Of a stretch of 37,030 nucleotides of DNA, positions 1-8,483 are shown piece after piece. The notes beneath the pieces were generated by a model. It was not told the origin of the DNA, did no database searches, and worked only from the letters and a program-made list of their open reading frames with translations. Both the position numbers and the translations under genes were made by a program. This stretch comes from an uncultured archaeon. GTDB lineage: Archaea; Asgardarchaeota; Thorarchaeia; Thorarchaeales; Thorarchaeaceae. The stretch lies in the NCBI GenBank assembly GCA_964590575.1, contig CAZPWM010000026.1:1-37030 (forward strand), read 5' to 3'. Numbering within the stretch: position 1 is the first letter of the stretch; each line of letters opens with the position of its first letter.

Positions 1-2727
1 GAACACAACCCCGACGAGTATCAGATTTGTATAGAATGCTGCTCCCCCTAGAGTGACCTGATATCTTATCAGACCAGTGGCATTTTGATTCAACTGCGCA
101 GCCTGACCTAGATTCTGCACAACCCCAACTAGTACTCCTAATAATAGAGAGAACAAGACTGTAACCATAACTTCCGCTAGAAGAGTCTTGAATACCTGCC
201 ACTTGCTAAATCCTCGAACAGATAATAAGGCAATTTCTGCATCTTTCTCCCTCAAGGTAAGTAGAACAACAAGACCTGTGCCCACCATCGCGAGAATGAT
301 TGCAAAACTGATTGCCATCCACTGTATTTTAGTCGTACCGCTTCTGAGTGCGCTTGATTGGTAATCAGCCACCTCAGAAGTCACTGAATAACTGGTATAA
401 GCCTCATCTTGAAAATCTTGGATAAACTGCTCTTGGAGCATCGTACCGTTCATACCTGGACTTGTGTCCACCAACACATTAGCAGTTGATGTGTAGATGA
501 GCATGCTGTCATTCAAGAAGGTCTCTGATACAATCGAGATGTAATCACCACCCAATGTGAAGGAGAATCCAGCAATAGCAATCTCAATGATAGATTGATA
601 TCCAATCAGACCGACAATCGTCAAAGCAAAGGTGCCAGAACCAAAGGCACCAGCGACATTGATCGTGTCTCCAACATTTAGTTCAAGTCGCTTTGCTATA
701 TCTCGAGAAATGATTATTCCATCGTCTCCTAATGCCCCTATCATCTCATTAACGTCGCCTAAGAACCATTGAGATTCCCAATATCCTACATCAAGCCATT
801 CATCGGGTCGTATCCCACGAGTTTCAATAGTATTTGTACCCGCTTTAAGGTCGAGATGGTATTCGGGAGTCACACCTTCTACATTTGCATATGCAGCAAC
901 AGCATCAAGCATCTCAGTCATATTAGTTCCAGAATTGAGTTGAATTCGGACATCAGCACCCACATTATAACTTGCATTTCGTTCTATGTAGTCATACTGC
1001 GAGTAAAGACTTCCAGTTGCGAAGATCCCATAGGAAACAATCAGCGCTATAATAAACACAAGTGAGGCTGTCCGAGCGGGATTACGTTTTACATTTCTGG
1101 TAGCTAGAGTTCCAAATGCTCCAAAAAACCTCTGACCTAGATTAACTACCGCTTCTTGGAACCTTAGTGATCCTTTCATGAATACGCGTGTCGCACCGTA
1201 GAGGAAGAGAAGCGGCCCAATGTAATTGAGGACACTATCAATGAGAGCCCATACAATAATCAGCAATGCGATTACGAAATTCCCAAAATTAATTGAGCTA
1301 GTCAAACCTCCTATATCGATACCTAGAATCCAAGTTATCAGTTTGTATGAACCTAGGAGTAAAGATAATGTTGGGAGAAGTCGCTTGTATTCCGATACAT
1401 CCTCAACGTAGATGTATTGTTTTAACGCATCTAGTATCTCAAGCTTCGATGCACGCCCAGCTGGTCTCCAAACTGAAAATAGACCGAGAAACATTCCTAC
1501 AATTATCGCTAGAATCACAGAAACAATATTGCTGAGTACTGCGGTGAATATGTTAACTCCTGTGACTCCTAGAACAAAGTATGCCGCTCCTGTCCCTAGG
1601 AAAATTGAGAATGCACCAGCAATCCCACCGACTAAGATCCCTTCAACAAGAAACATCCGTTTAATGGTGTGCCGTTGATATCCTTTGGTTAAGAGAAGAC
1701 CAATCTCACGTCTGCGAAAGTTGTATCCAACATCACTTACCATTGTACCAGTGAAATACGCAAGCAGGAATATTGGTAGAGATAATGAGATGAACTGAAA
1801 GTTCATTCCAAGTTGAGTGAACACATATGCAGAAAGAGGTGATTGAAGGTTTGAAATAATGGTCGCGTCATAGGGACTAGCGCGAACACTTATGACAGCT
1901 CCTAGATCAGACAGTCTTGAGAGTGATGTTTGAATATCATAAGGATCAAGAAATCTTTGGCGATTAATCTGAAGATGAACGATGTTGCGAACATCCACCT
2001 TCGAGTGGCCTTCAACCTGTGAAGCTTCCTGAAGAATAGAGGTTGCAGACAGGTCCCAATCAGTGAGCATTAAGTTGTACGAAGTCTGACCAAACAGACC
2101 AAATGCACCAATTGCACCTCCGCCTCCACCCATCAAGAGGTCGAAGATACTTCCGAATCGCCTTTGGAATATTGCATCTCTAGTAATCTCAGGAAGGTAA
2201 ACATATCCTGCGACAGTGAAATTCCGTTGAATTATAGTTGGGAGGACGAAAGGTTTGTAAACAACAATTTCTATCTCAATTTCTTGGTCTAATGCAAAGA
2301 GTGACTCATTTGCTGAACCACTTACAATGTATGTTTCATTGGGTCCAAGACTAGACCGACCAGATATCAATTGCATCCCAGAAGTCAGGTTAGATAACAT
2401 ATCAAGTCCTGCAAGTGTTATGTTCAAGCCAGTATTGTTGTATTCAAATGTGAATTGTGAAGAATGAGTTGTCGCAATTATTCCATCAATTTCGGATAGG
2501 GAATCCTCCAAGGTATTGATGTCGGAAACAGTCCAATTTGAAGTAGTGCTCGCAACACCGAAATCATACAAATACTCCTCAACGCTTGCATCAAGCGCAT
2601 CTCTGGATATGACATCAGCCGCAACATTCGTGGCTGTAAAGAATGTCGTGGCTAGCAGAACACCTACAGTCAATGCAATGAAGAGTCGATAACTGCGTGC
2701 AACTCTCTTGAATGCATATCTGAACAT
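1..2727 (-). CDS. ABC transporter permease, FtsX/MacB-like with two FtsX domains (3' end runs off the window)
   Basis: Not in the ORF track because the stop lies outside the window. I translated it by hand in parts: ATG at 2727 gives MFRYAFKRVARSYRLFIALTVGVLLATTFF..., preceded by GGAGG. FtsX-type motifs RRREIGLLLTKGY (~1680-1715) and LREKDAEIALIIVRGFSKWQV (~200-260) are present. The same frame reads as a TM segment at position 1. Confidence 0.88.
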   Translation of the reverse strand, partial: MFRYAFKRVARSYRLFIALTVGVLLATTFFTATNVAADVISRDALDASVEEYLYDFGVASTTSNWTVSDINTLEDSLSEIDGIIATTHSSQFTFEYNNTGLNITLAGLDMLSNLTSGMQLISGRSSLGPNETYIVSGSANESLFALDQEIEIEIVVYKPFVLPTIIQRNFTVAGYVYLPEITRDAIFQRRFGSIFDLLMGGGGGAIGAFGLFGQTSYNLMLTDWDLSATSILQEASQVEGHSKVDVRNIVHLQINRQRFLDPYDIQTSLSRLSDLGAVISVRASPYDATIISNLQSPLSAYVFTQLGMNFQFISLSLPIFLLAYFTGTMVSDVGYNFRRREIGLLLTKGYQRHTIKRMFLVEGILVGGIAGAFSIFLGTGAAYFVLGVTGVNIFTAVLSNIVSVILAIIVGMFLGLFSVWRPAGRASKLEILDALKQYIYVEDVSEYKRLLPTLSLLLGSYKLITWILGIDIGGLTSSINFGNFVIALLIIVWALIDSVLNYIGPLLFLYGATRVFMKGSLRFQEAVVNLGQRFFGAFGTLATRNVKRNPARTASLVFIIALIVSYGIFATGSLYSQYDYIERNASYNVGADVRIQLNSGTNMTEMLDAVAAYANVEGVTPEYHLDLKAGTNTIETRGIRPDEWLDVGYWESQWFLGDVNEMIGALGDDGIIISRDIAKRLELNVGDTINVAGAFGSGTFALTIVGLIGYQSIIEIAIAGFSFTLGGDYISIVSETFLNDSMLIYTSTANVLVDTSPGMNGTMLQEQFIQDFQDEAYTSYSVTSEVADYQSSALRSGTTKIQWMAISFAIILAMVGTGLVVLLTLREKDAEIALLSVRGFSKWQVFKTLLAEVMVTVLFSLLLGVLVGVVQNLGQAAQLNQNATGLIRYQVTLGGAAFYTNLILVGVVF

Positions 2728-2771
2728 AGAGACATTATCCTCCAGTATATTGTTATTACTTGTTCATTCCC

Positions 2772-2814
2772 TTATAAATCAAGTTTGATATTTGACAAAT
2801 ATCAAACTTGATTT
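2772..2814 (-). promoter_or_regulatory. TATA box of the permease gene overlapped by a perfect 39-bp palindrome (candidate operator)
   Basis: AAATCAAGTTTGATATTTG-A-CAAATATCAAACTTGATTT at 2776-2814. TTTATAA lies on the minus strand at 2778-2772, about 45 nt upstream of the ATG. Confidence 0.65.
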
Positions 2815-2902
2815 GAATATCGGTCATACTTAAGCACTCAAAAAATGACATCACAAAATGACGCCATGATTTTCTTGAATTATGAACTTATAAAACTCGT
2901 GA

Positions 2903-2922
2903 TTATATCATATATGATATAA
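2903..2922. repeat. Perfect 20-bp AT-rich palindrome
   Basis: TTATATCATATATGATATAA is its own reverse complement. Confidence 0.8.
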
Positions 2923-2941
2923 ATAGAATGAATTCGTTTTG

Positions 2942-3520
2942 CTAAGGGTCGCCTCTTCTCCAACAAGCACATTTCTTTCTATCATAGACCATTGCGAGCA
3001 CAGTAACTAATACAATTAATCCCAAACTTGATCCTACTACATAGGGCATCGTCAAGGAAGGATCTATGGTCACTACTGGATTTGACTCATAGACAATTAT
3101 GATACTGTTGCTTGTCCTAGTTACGTTTGCCATGTCATAAGCCCGGATATAAACGTAGAATGTTCCATCATTTGGAAAAGCTGGGACCGAGCCAGTATGA
3201 AAGGTTCCATTGAAGGTCATTAGATTATTGATGGTCATGTTTGGACCGTTGACCTGAACGGTGACATTTCTCAATCCTGATCCGTCATCTGTCACATTTG
3301 CCCAGACATCGAAACCAGTACCCAATTCTGGCTCTCCATCAATTCCCCATTCCCATATATCTGGTTGACTCAGAATAAAACCTGAATTCATTGCAGTGAC
3401 ATCTTGAGCTGGTATGAAAACAAGAACTCCAATAACTACTAATCCGAGTAAAGGAAGAATTCGAAGTCTGGTCATTGCAATCATCAAGTCAATCGTGTTT
3501 TCCTTAATTAGCTCGTTCAT
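2942..3520 (-). CDS. Small membrane-anchored surface protein with one Ig-like beta-sandwich domain
   Basis: Hydrophobic signal (LRILPLLGLVVIGVLVFIPA), beta-rich domain (WANVTDDGSGLRNVTV...YIRAYDMAN) and C-terminal TM followed by basic residues. The true start is probably a downstream Met (MTRLR). Confidence 0.7.
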   Translation of the reverse strand: MNELIKENTIDLMIAMTRLRILPLLGLVVIGVLVFIPAQDVTAMNSGFILSQPDIWEWGIDGEPELGTGFDVWANVTDDGSGLRNVTVQVNGPNMTINNLMTFNGTFHTGSVPAFPNDGTFYVYIRAYDMANVTRTSNSIIIVYESNPVVTIDPSLTMPYVVGSSLGLIVLVTVLAMVYDRKKCACWRRGDP

Positions 3521-3625
3521 TCACGCACTAACAGCACGACCATTCATCGCTTTAGCGACGGATTAAAAGATAGGTGCAACATTAAATCAGGAACTTTATG
3601 TTTATTTCATTAATCTAAATCCCAA

Positions 3626-3656
3626 TAGGAGAAAAAGGGGATTTAGATTGATCCCC
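3626..3656 (-). terminator. Hairpin plus U-tract downstream of the LURP/scramblase-like gene
   Basis: The minus strand reads GGGGAT-CAATCTAA-ATCCCC-TTTTTCTCC, 30 nt after the stop at 3686. Confidence 0.5.
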
Positions 3657-3685
3657 ATAGACGATTGCATTTTTTTAAGGGTTAT

Positions 3686-4276
3686 TTACAAGAAGGATAG
3701 AAGAATTACTGCAATGAAGAAGACAGCTATAAGTCCAAAGCAGCAGAGCAATCTACAACCACAGCTACTGCCTTTGAAGAATATACGGTCCACAACAATA
3801 GCAGATGCCACAGCATGTTTCCAGTCCATATAGTCGCCTACTTGAACTCGGAACTGGTCGCGTATTGCAAGAATCTTTTTATCAAATCTGAAAGCAAAAA
3901 TTCCGCCGCTACTCAGAGCTTCAAATCCCCATGCCAATAATCCGCCTTGGGCCTTGACCTCTTCATCCCTATAATACATCTTGAAATTCTTTCGTAAAGC
4001 AATCCAAGGTCTAGTTAGTTTTACTAGTTTATTACCAGCTTGGTCCTCAAGCCAGAAAGTCTTGTCAAAAAATCCTCCCTTCGCAGTTAGAATCCTGTTT
4101 CCTTGCATGTCCTCTATATGGACTGTGGACCTTAGAAAACTCAACCATGTCTGACGAGCTACGCCGACTTGCTCGCCTGTTATTTCATCAAAAATCTCAT
4201 AGACTGGTCTCATTGCTAGTATCTTTTGTTGAACCTTGTAATTATAACGTCCTGAATCGCTGGGTGTTACTTCCAT
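3686..4276 (-). CDS. LURP-one-related / scramblase (tubby C-terminal-like) protein with a Cys-rich C-terminal membrane anchor
   Basis: Repeated beta-hairpin units of the type xxQKILAMRPVYEIFD / KKILAIRDQFRVQV followed by the terminal helix AVASAIVVDRIF match the tubby-C/LURP pattern. Start set at ATG 4276, which is preceded by AGGGGGT. Confidence 0.75.
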   Translation of the reverse strand: MEVTPSDSGRYNYKVQQKILAMRPVYEIFDEITGEQVGVARQTWLSFLRSTVHIEDMQGNRILTAKGGFFDKTFWLEDQAGNKLVKLTRPWIALRKNFKMYYRDEEVKAQGGLLAWGFEALSSGGIFAFRFDKKILAIRDQFRVQVGDYMDWKHAVASAIVVDRIFFKGSSCGCRLLCCFGLIAVFFIAVILLSFL

Positions 4277-4362
4277 ACGAATACCCCCTAATCTTGGGAT
4301 GACAAACCCCCTAATAAGAAATAGGAATTTCATTTAGTTGTGTAAACAGAACGAAAGAAATC

Positions 4363-5001
4363 CTATTCGAGGACAGGACCTCTATCGAACACCGCAAACC
4401 ATGCACCACAGTTGGGACAATTGATGCCTCGCTGGTCGTCCACACTCGTAGGACCAACGACCACCGGTGCTCCGCAATGAGGACAATTAATTTGTCTGTC
4501 ATGAACAGACGCCAGTTGCTCTGTGCCTTCAAGCTCACCTTCAAACTCCGCTGCAATATACTTCCCAAGATATCCACCAATTAAAGCGAGCACTAAGAAG
4601 AGTGCCCCATATACCACAAATCCATAGAAAAATGTCAACGAGTATGTTAGTAGAACGATTGTGAAGAACGGATCAAAAATGTAAGACATAAAGACCAACA
4701 GAATGCCCTGACCAGCAAAACTCAAGCAATCTTGCCTGGGTCTAATATCCCACAGTGCCGCTGCAAAGACACTATTCAAAGTGCCCATCAATAATATGAA
4801 TGCTATCGCCATTACAATCATGATAGTCAATATGTTGGCAATATCAGTGAAGAAAAAGCCCCATAGGAAATTTTCAAACAGCCACAATAGTCCAATCGAC
4901 ATTATGGCAAATGGAACGCCTTGGATAAAGTATTTCAATAGTATATTTTGATCCTTGAACCTGTTCCCGTAGTTGTCATAGCTTACCCATCTATCTTCCA
5001 A
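4363..5001 (-). CDS. Multi-pass membrane protein with a C-terminal zinc ribbon
   Basis: About 4 hydrophobic segments, then CPHC-x17-CPNC. TTG start preceded by GAGGGTGA. Confidence 0.75.
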   Translation of the reverse strand: MEDRWVSYDNYGNRFKDQNILLKYFIQGVPFAIMSIGLLWLFENFLWGFFFTDIANILTIMIVMAIAFILLMGTLNSVFAAALWDIRPRQDCLSFAGQGILLVFMSYIFDPFFTIVLLTYSLTFFYGFVVYGALFLVLALIGGYLGKYIAAEFEGELEGTEQLASVHDRQINCPHCGAPVVVGPTSVDDQRGINCPNCGAWFAVFDRGPVLE

Positions 5002-5088
5002 AGAAACTTCACCCTCATGAGAATTGACTACTTACATACTGAAAAAGACTTTGCCTTGCCTCCAAAAGGGATTTGAATAGAAAAGGGT

Positions 5089-5242
5089 GGGCGCAGCCCC
5101 GTGCGAGCAACGCGGTGCATTGCCGCGCCACCACCTAATGTTTTGTGCGCCGCATTCCGAAGAACCCATTTTGAGGTTGATCGCAAGATAAGCTCCGCAC
5201 GCCAAAGAGCTTTATCGGCTCGCACATTTATATGCTACGCCC
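5089..5242 (-). ncRNA. Candidate structured non-coding RNA (family not recognised)
   Basis: 57% GC by hand count. Nested stems GGGCGUAGC/GCUGCGCCC and GUGCGAGC/GCUCGCAC enclose several hairpins, including a cUUCGg loop, and a U-rich tract follows on the minus strand. Confidence 0.5.
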
Positions 5243-5600
5243 TTGGTTTGGTTAAGAATAGGAAGCATTCGCAGATATACCTTTGTGTCCACGAAACTTC
5301 AGCGCGACTCTTGACCGTGCTATAGATGATAGCTCATATTAGGATATAACAATTTTGTATAAAAACAATGTGGGCGCGTCTATTTATCACAAATTGCCAT
5401 GCAATACGATGTCATTTTCATTCTTACGTTTCTTTCACCCTCAATCGTAACCTTTAACCGACATTCAGCATGTTCAATCTTTAAGGCCAACGTAAAGAGA
5501 GAAAGACCTTAATGTGAGACTGAGTGCGACAGTCCCCTCTGAACCGGGTTTATATGTCAAGACTTGGCCAGAATATCAATACATTCGGAGACAAGACTAC

Positions 5601-7421
5601 ATGCGTGTATATCTCGACGCGAACTTCTTCATATCGGGCTTTTCAGAACGACCCAAAGATGTAGCTACTGTGAAGAAAGCCGCAGACAATGCAGAGATGG
5701 AACTCTGGATCACAAGACAGGTGTTTCAGGAACTGCGTTGGTACTTACGAAGAGAGGTTGAGAAAATAGTCCAGATTGATGAAACACTCTCAAAAGACAT
5801 TAAATCGTTCATGGATAGCATGAGTCGTCCTGAATCTTCACTCCCGCAGCCAAACGACATGTCTCTGATTCTGGGTGCGATGCGTAACAAGAAGTCAAAG
5901 ATAGTCACAAGTGACCTGAAGCTATTAAATACAATCCAAGACCTGAAGATTGATGTTGAAGGTATTGTCGGTTCTGCATTTGCACTGGAACTAATGGAAT
6001 CAGTTTCCGACGAGAAACTAAAGAGTAACCTTTCAATAATTAGAGACCGTATTTACTCAGAAGAGGTCAGATACAGTATCTCCCGACAGGAATCATATGA
6101 TCCTGTTACTAGGATTCGTATCATTGAAGACCACGCTCTGCGTGTTCTCAGGACCGTTAAGCGGCCAGCAGAGGGACTCGATAGGAAACTCACGAAAGGA
6201 CAACCCCTTTTTGTCCTGGACTTTCTAGAGGATATCAAAGCTGAAATACCCCACATGTTTGATGACTTCCAAGAAGGTAAGTATGATACCCTTGCCCATG
6301 AAATTAACGCTGTCCAAAATGAAATAGAACGACTTCTGATCGTATCTACATTGACAGAAGATAGCGAAACCCATGGTCAGCTAGTACGCCAAGCATCAGA
6401 CCTTACATTGTTTCTCTATTATTTGGAAATGATTTGTCACCTATACCGAGGAACTCGAGATGGAATCGAAGACGCCCTGAGTATAAGTGATGAGGCATTC
6501 AGATTACTCATGTTTGCGGAAGTTGCTAATGATGAACTGAAAGCTTCTGTCTTCTTTGTAAGAATTGTCTTGGCTCTGATAAAAGAAGATTATGATGAGA
6601 TTGATTATTACTACAGCCTTTATGATAGCATGATTAACAGGTTAGGACTTGAAGACATGTTAGAGACCTCAGAGGGTCTTTACATCACAATGCAGATACT
6701 CAGGAAGTTTATGGGTGGTTTCAGCCTCACAAAGAACAAATTGCAACATCCTGATGTGACAATGTCTATGCTCAATGATTTAGCTAAATACGCAATCCAA
6801 TTCGATGACCATGACAGTGCATGGCAATTGGCTGTTACAGCATACAAGATTGGAGTAGCTTACAACAAAGAAGAAGGAGCGCTAGGATCCTTCCTGATGC
6901 TCTATAAGGTTTCATCTTCATCGCATGATAGATTCAAACCAGCTCTTGAGAAGATTGCAGAACATGCATTGAAGGCTTTCGTGAAGAAAGGCTGGAATAC
7001 ATCCCTAGTCACCCCTATTCTAAATGAAATCCAGGGAGATCTACCACCTATTGATGGTATGACCACAAATGGTTCAGTTGACAAGAAAAAGTTGAAGAAA
7101 GAACTTACTGGATGGATGGATGTCCTCTCGCTGGAGAAGATTGATAGTATGGAGATGCTAGTGGTCAGGAATGATAAGTTGCAAGCACGCGTTGCAATTG
7201 CAATCGGGAACCATCCTGAATTAAGTACGTTAAAGACTGGACACAAAATAGCACTCACAAATGGGAGCTATGAGGTCTCGGATGCAAAACCTGAAGTGGT
7301 CAAAAAGCACTCTGTAGTATTAATGATCACCCCAAGTGAAAGTGCAGAGATATCATTTGAAGGTGAATATGGCTTTAGTTGTCTCAAAGTGGCTAAACCA
7401 GAAGCTGAAGCAAAATCGTAG
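5601..7421 (+). CDS. PIN-domain ribonuclease fused to a long alpha-helical region and a C-terminal beta domain
   Basis: VYLDANFFI...ITRQVFQEL...PNDMSLI...IVTSDLKL carries the four PIN acidic residues. ATG 5601 preceded by GGAG is preferred over the track's GTG at 5514. Confidence 0.8.
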   Translation: MRVYLDANFFISGFSERPKDVATVKKAADNAEMELWITRQVFQELRWYLRREVEKIVQIDETLSKDIKSFMDSMSRPESSLPQPNDMSLILGAMRNKKSKIVTSDLKLLNTIQDLKIDVEGIVGSAFALELMESVSDEKLKSNLSIIRDRIYSEEVRYSISRQESYDPVTRIRIIEDHALRVLRTVKRPAEGLDRKLTKGQPLFVLDFLEDIKAEIPHMFDDFQEGKYDTLAHEINAVQNEIERLLIVSTLTEDSETHGQLVRQASDLTLFLYYLEMICHLYRGTRDGIEDALSISDEAFRLLMFAEVANDELKASVFFVRIVLALIKEDYDEIDYYYSLYDSMINRLGLEDMLETSEGLYITMQILRKFMGGFSLTKNKLQHPDVTMSMLNDLAKYAIQFDDHDSAWQLAVTAYKIGVAYNKEEGALGSFLMLYKVSSSSHDRFKPALEKIAEHALKAFVKKGWNTSLVTPILNEIQGDLPPIDGMTTNGSVDKKKLKKELTGWMDVLSLEKIDSMEMLVVRNDKLQARVAIAIGNHPELSTLKTGHKIALTNGSYEVSDAKPEVVKKHSVVLMITPSESAEISFEGEYGFSCLKVAKPEAEAKS

Positions 7422-7436
7422 AATGGAAGGAAAAAA

Positions 7437-7865
7437 ATGGACATAGTAACTTGGATAGTTCTTGTTGTTGTAGTTCTATTTGCTTCAGCGCTTAATTATT
7501 ATCTCAATCTAGCGCCTGGAGCTGACCCAGAGGACTTTCAAGTGGGACCACCCCAATTGGGTATTACATGCGACTGTTCGCTCAATGTCTTGATTATTGG
7601 AGGTATAGTGGTTTTAGCACTCAGCGCGGTTTCAGGGATATTCGAGTCAAGGGTTGAACTATATCTGGTTGGTATCGCCGCTTTCACTATAATTACCGTC
7701 GCAGGTATTATTGGAAGACTGCGTAGACATCGCGAATGGAAAGAGGTGCAAAGTGCAATTGAACGGGCAGTTCCAGCATCATCCTATTTAGGCTTTGGAA
7801 GAGCTCCAGTGGATATTACATTCGATGATGAAGATGACGATGAATTTGATTATGATGAATACTAG
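7437..7865 (+). CDS. Small membrane protein (about 3 TM) with a highly acidic C-terminal tail
   Basis: Three hydrophobic segments and the tail FDDEDDDEFDYDEY. It starts 15 nt after the PIN gene. Confidence 0.75.
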   Translation: MDIVTWIVLVVVVLFASALNYYLNLAPGADPEDFQVGPPQLGITCDCSLNVLIIGGIVVLALSAVSGIFESRVELYLVGIAAFTIITVAGIIGRLRRHREWKEVQSAIERAVPASSYLGFGRAPVDITFDDEDDDEFDYDEY

Positions 7866-8236
7866 GTCTCATTTCCTCTAATTGGTACAACTTTATCATC
7901 CTTGATGTTAGGAAATTTCAAAGCAAGTATTTGTCCAGCTTGGTCAATCTCAGTTTCAAAGGAGTGCGCTTCACCAGGTTGAACAACCACAACATCCCCT
8001 TCTTTAAGGTCAAAATACGCATCATTAACTATGATACGGATCTTTGTCAGTGCAATGAATACTTCCTCCAAATGATTATGTGAATGAGGTGAGCTTTTGC
8101 TATTTTTTTGAATTGTAACTAGAATCACACCACAACTATCAAGAGACCTATGGAAAGCGAGATCAGCAACATAGTTTACTTCATATCCAGCTCTACAAGC
8201 CTTTGTGGAGTCCGCAGCTCTAAAGATACGCACCAT
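7862..8236 (-). CDS. Cupin-domain protein (cupin_2-like)
   Basis: Cupin motif 1 PHSHNHLEEVFI and motif 2 GDVVVVQPGEAHSF. Confidence 0.88.
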   Translation of the reverse strand: MVRIFRAADSTKACRAGYEVNYVADLAFHRSLDSCGVILVTIQKNSKSSPHSHNHLEEVFIALTKIRIIVNDAYFDLKEGDVVVVQPGEAHSFETEIDQAGQILALKFPNIKDDKVVPIRGNET

Positions 8237-8350
8237 TTTCTTCAGCAACTGAATATCAGGTTACAAAAAATACCTTCCCCCCTGCACCAATATCAAGGAT
8301 AAGATGACCCATAGGTGTTAGTTCAAAAATTCATATGTTTCTAACTGAGA

Positions 8351-8467
8351 ATGAAGTCACTTCTTGAGGTTGCCAAAGAACGTGTGAAGGAAGAAAGACT
8401 CTCAAAAGATATTTACAGTATGCTCAAAAAGAAGCTACGCAGTCTTGAATCATCACGCAACCATTGA
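8351..8467 (+). CDS. Small 38-aa ORF, possibly a small protein or gene remnant
   Basis: Hand translation MKSLLEVAKERVKEERLSKDIYSMLKKKLRSLESSRNH. It is charged and helical, and ends 16 nt before the next gene. Confidence 0.35.
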   Translation: MKSLLEVAKERVKEERLSKDIYSMLKKKLRSLESSRNH

Positions 8468-8483
8468 AACGTGGAGATGTATT

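Noticed and set aside
769-1678. Short plus-strand ORFs in the track
   Set aside because: They are antisense shadows of the long minus-strand FtsX permease.
4283-4315. 10-bp direct repeat ACCCCCTAAT (two copies, 23-bp period)
   Set aside because: Only two short copies, one coinciding with the ribosome-binding site. Too weak for an array or element call.
5085-5242. tRNA or tRNA-Sec interpretation (acceptor-like stem followed by ACC)
   Set aside because: No recognisable D-arm or GTTCRA T-loop.
5028-5325. 65-aa and 74-aa ORFs over the GC-rich segment
   Set aside because: Their Arg/Ala-rich composition is not protein-like. Nested base-pairing explains the region better.
5601-6000. VapBC toxin-antitoxin locus
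   Set aside because: The PIN domain is part of a ~600-aa protein and there is no upstream antitoxin ORF.
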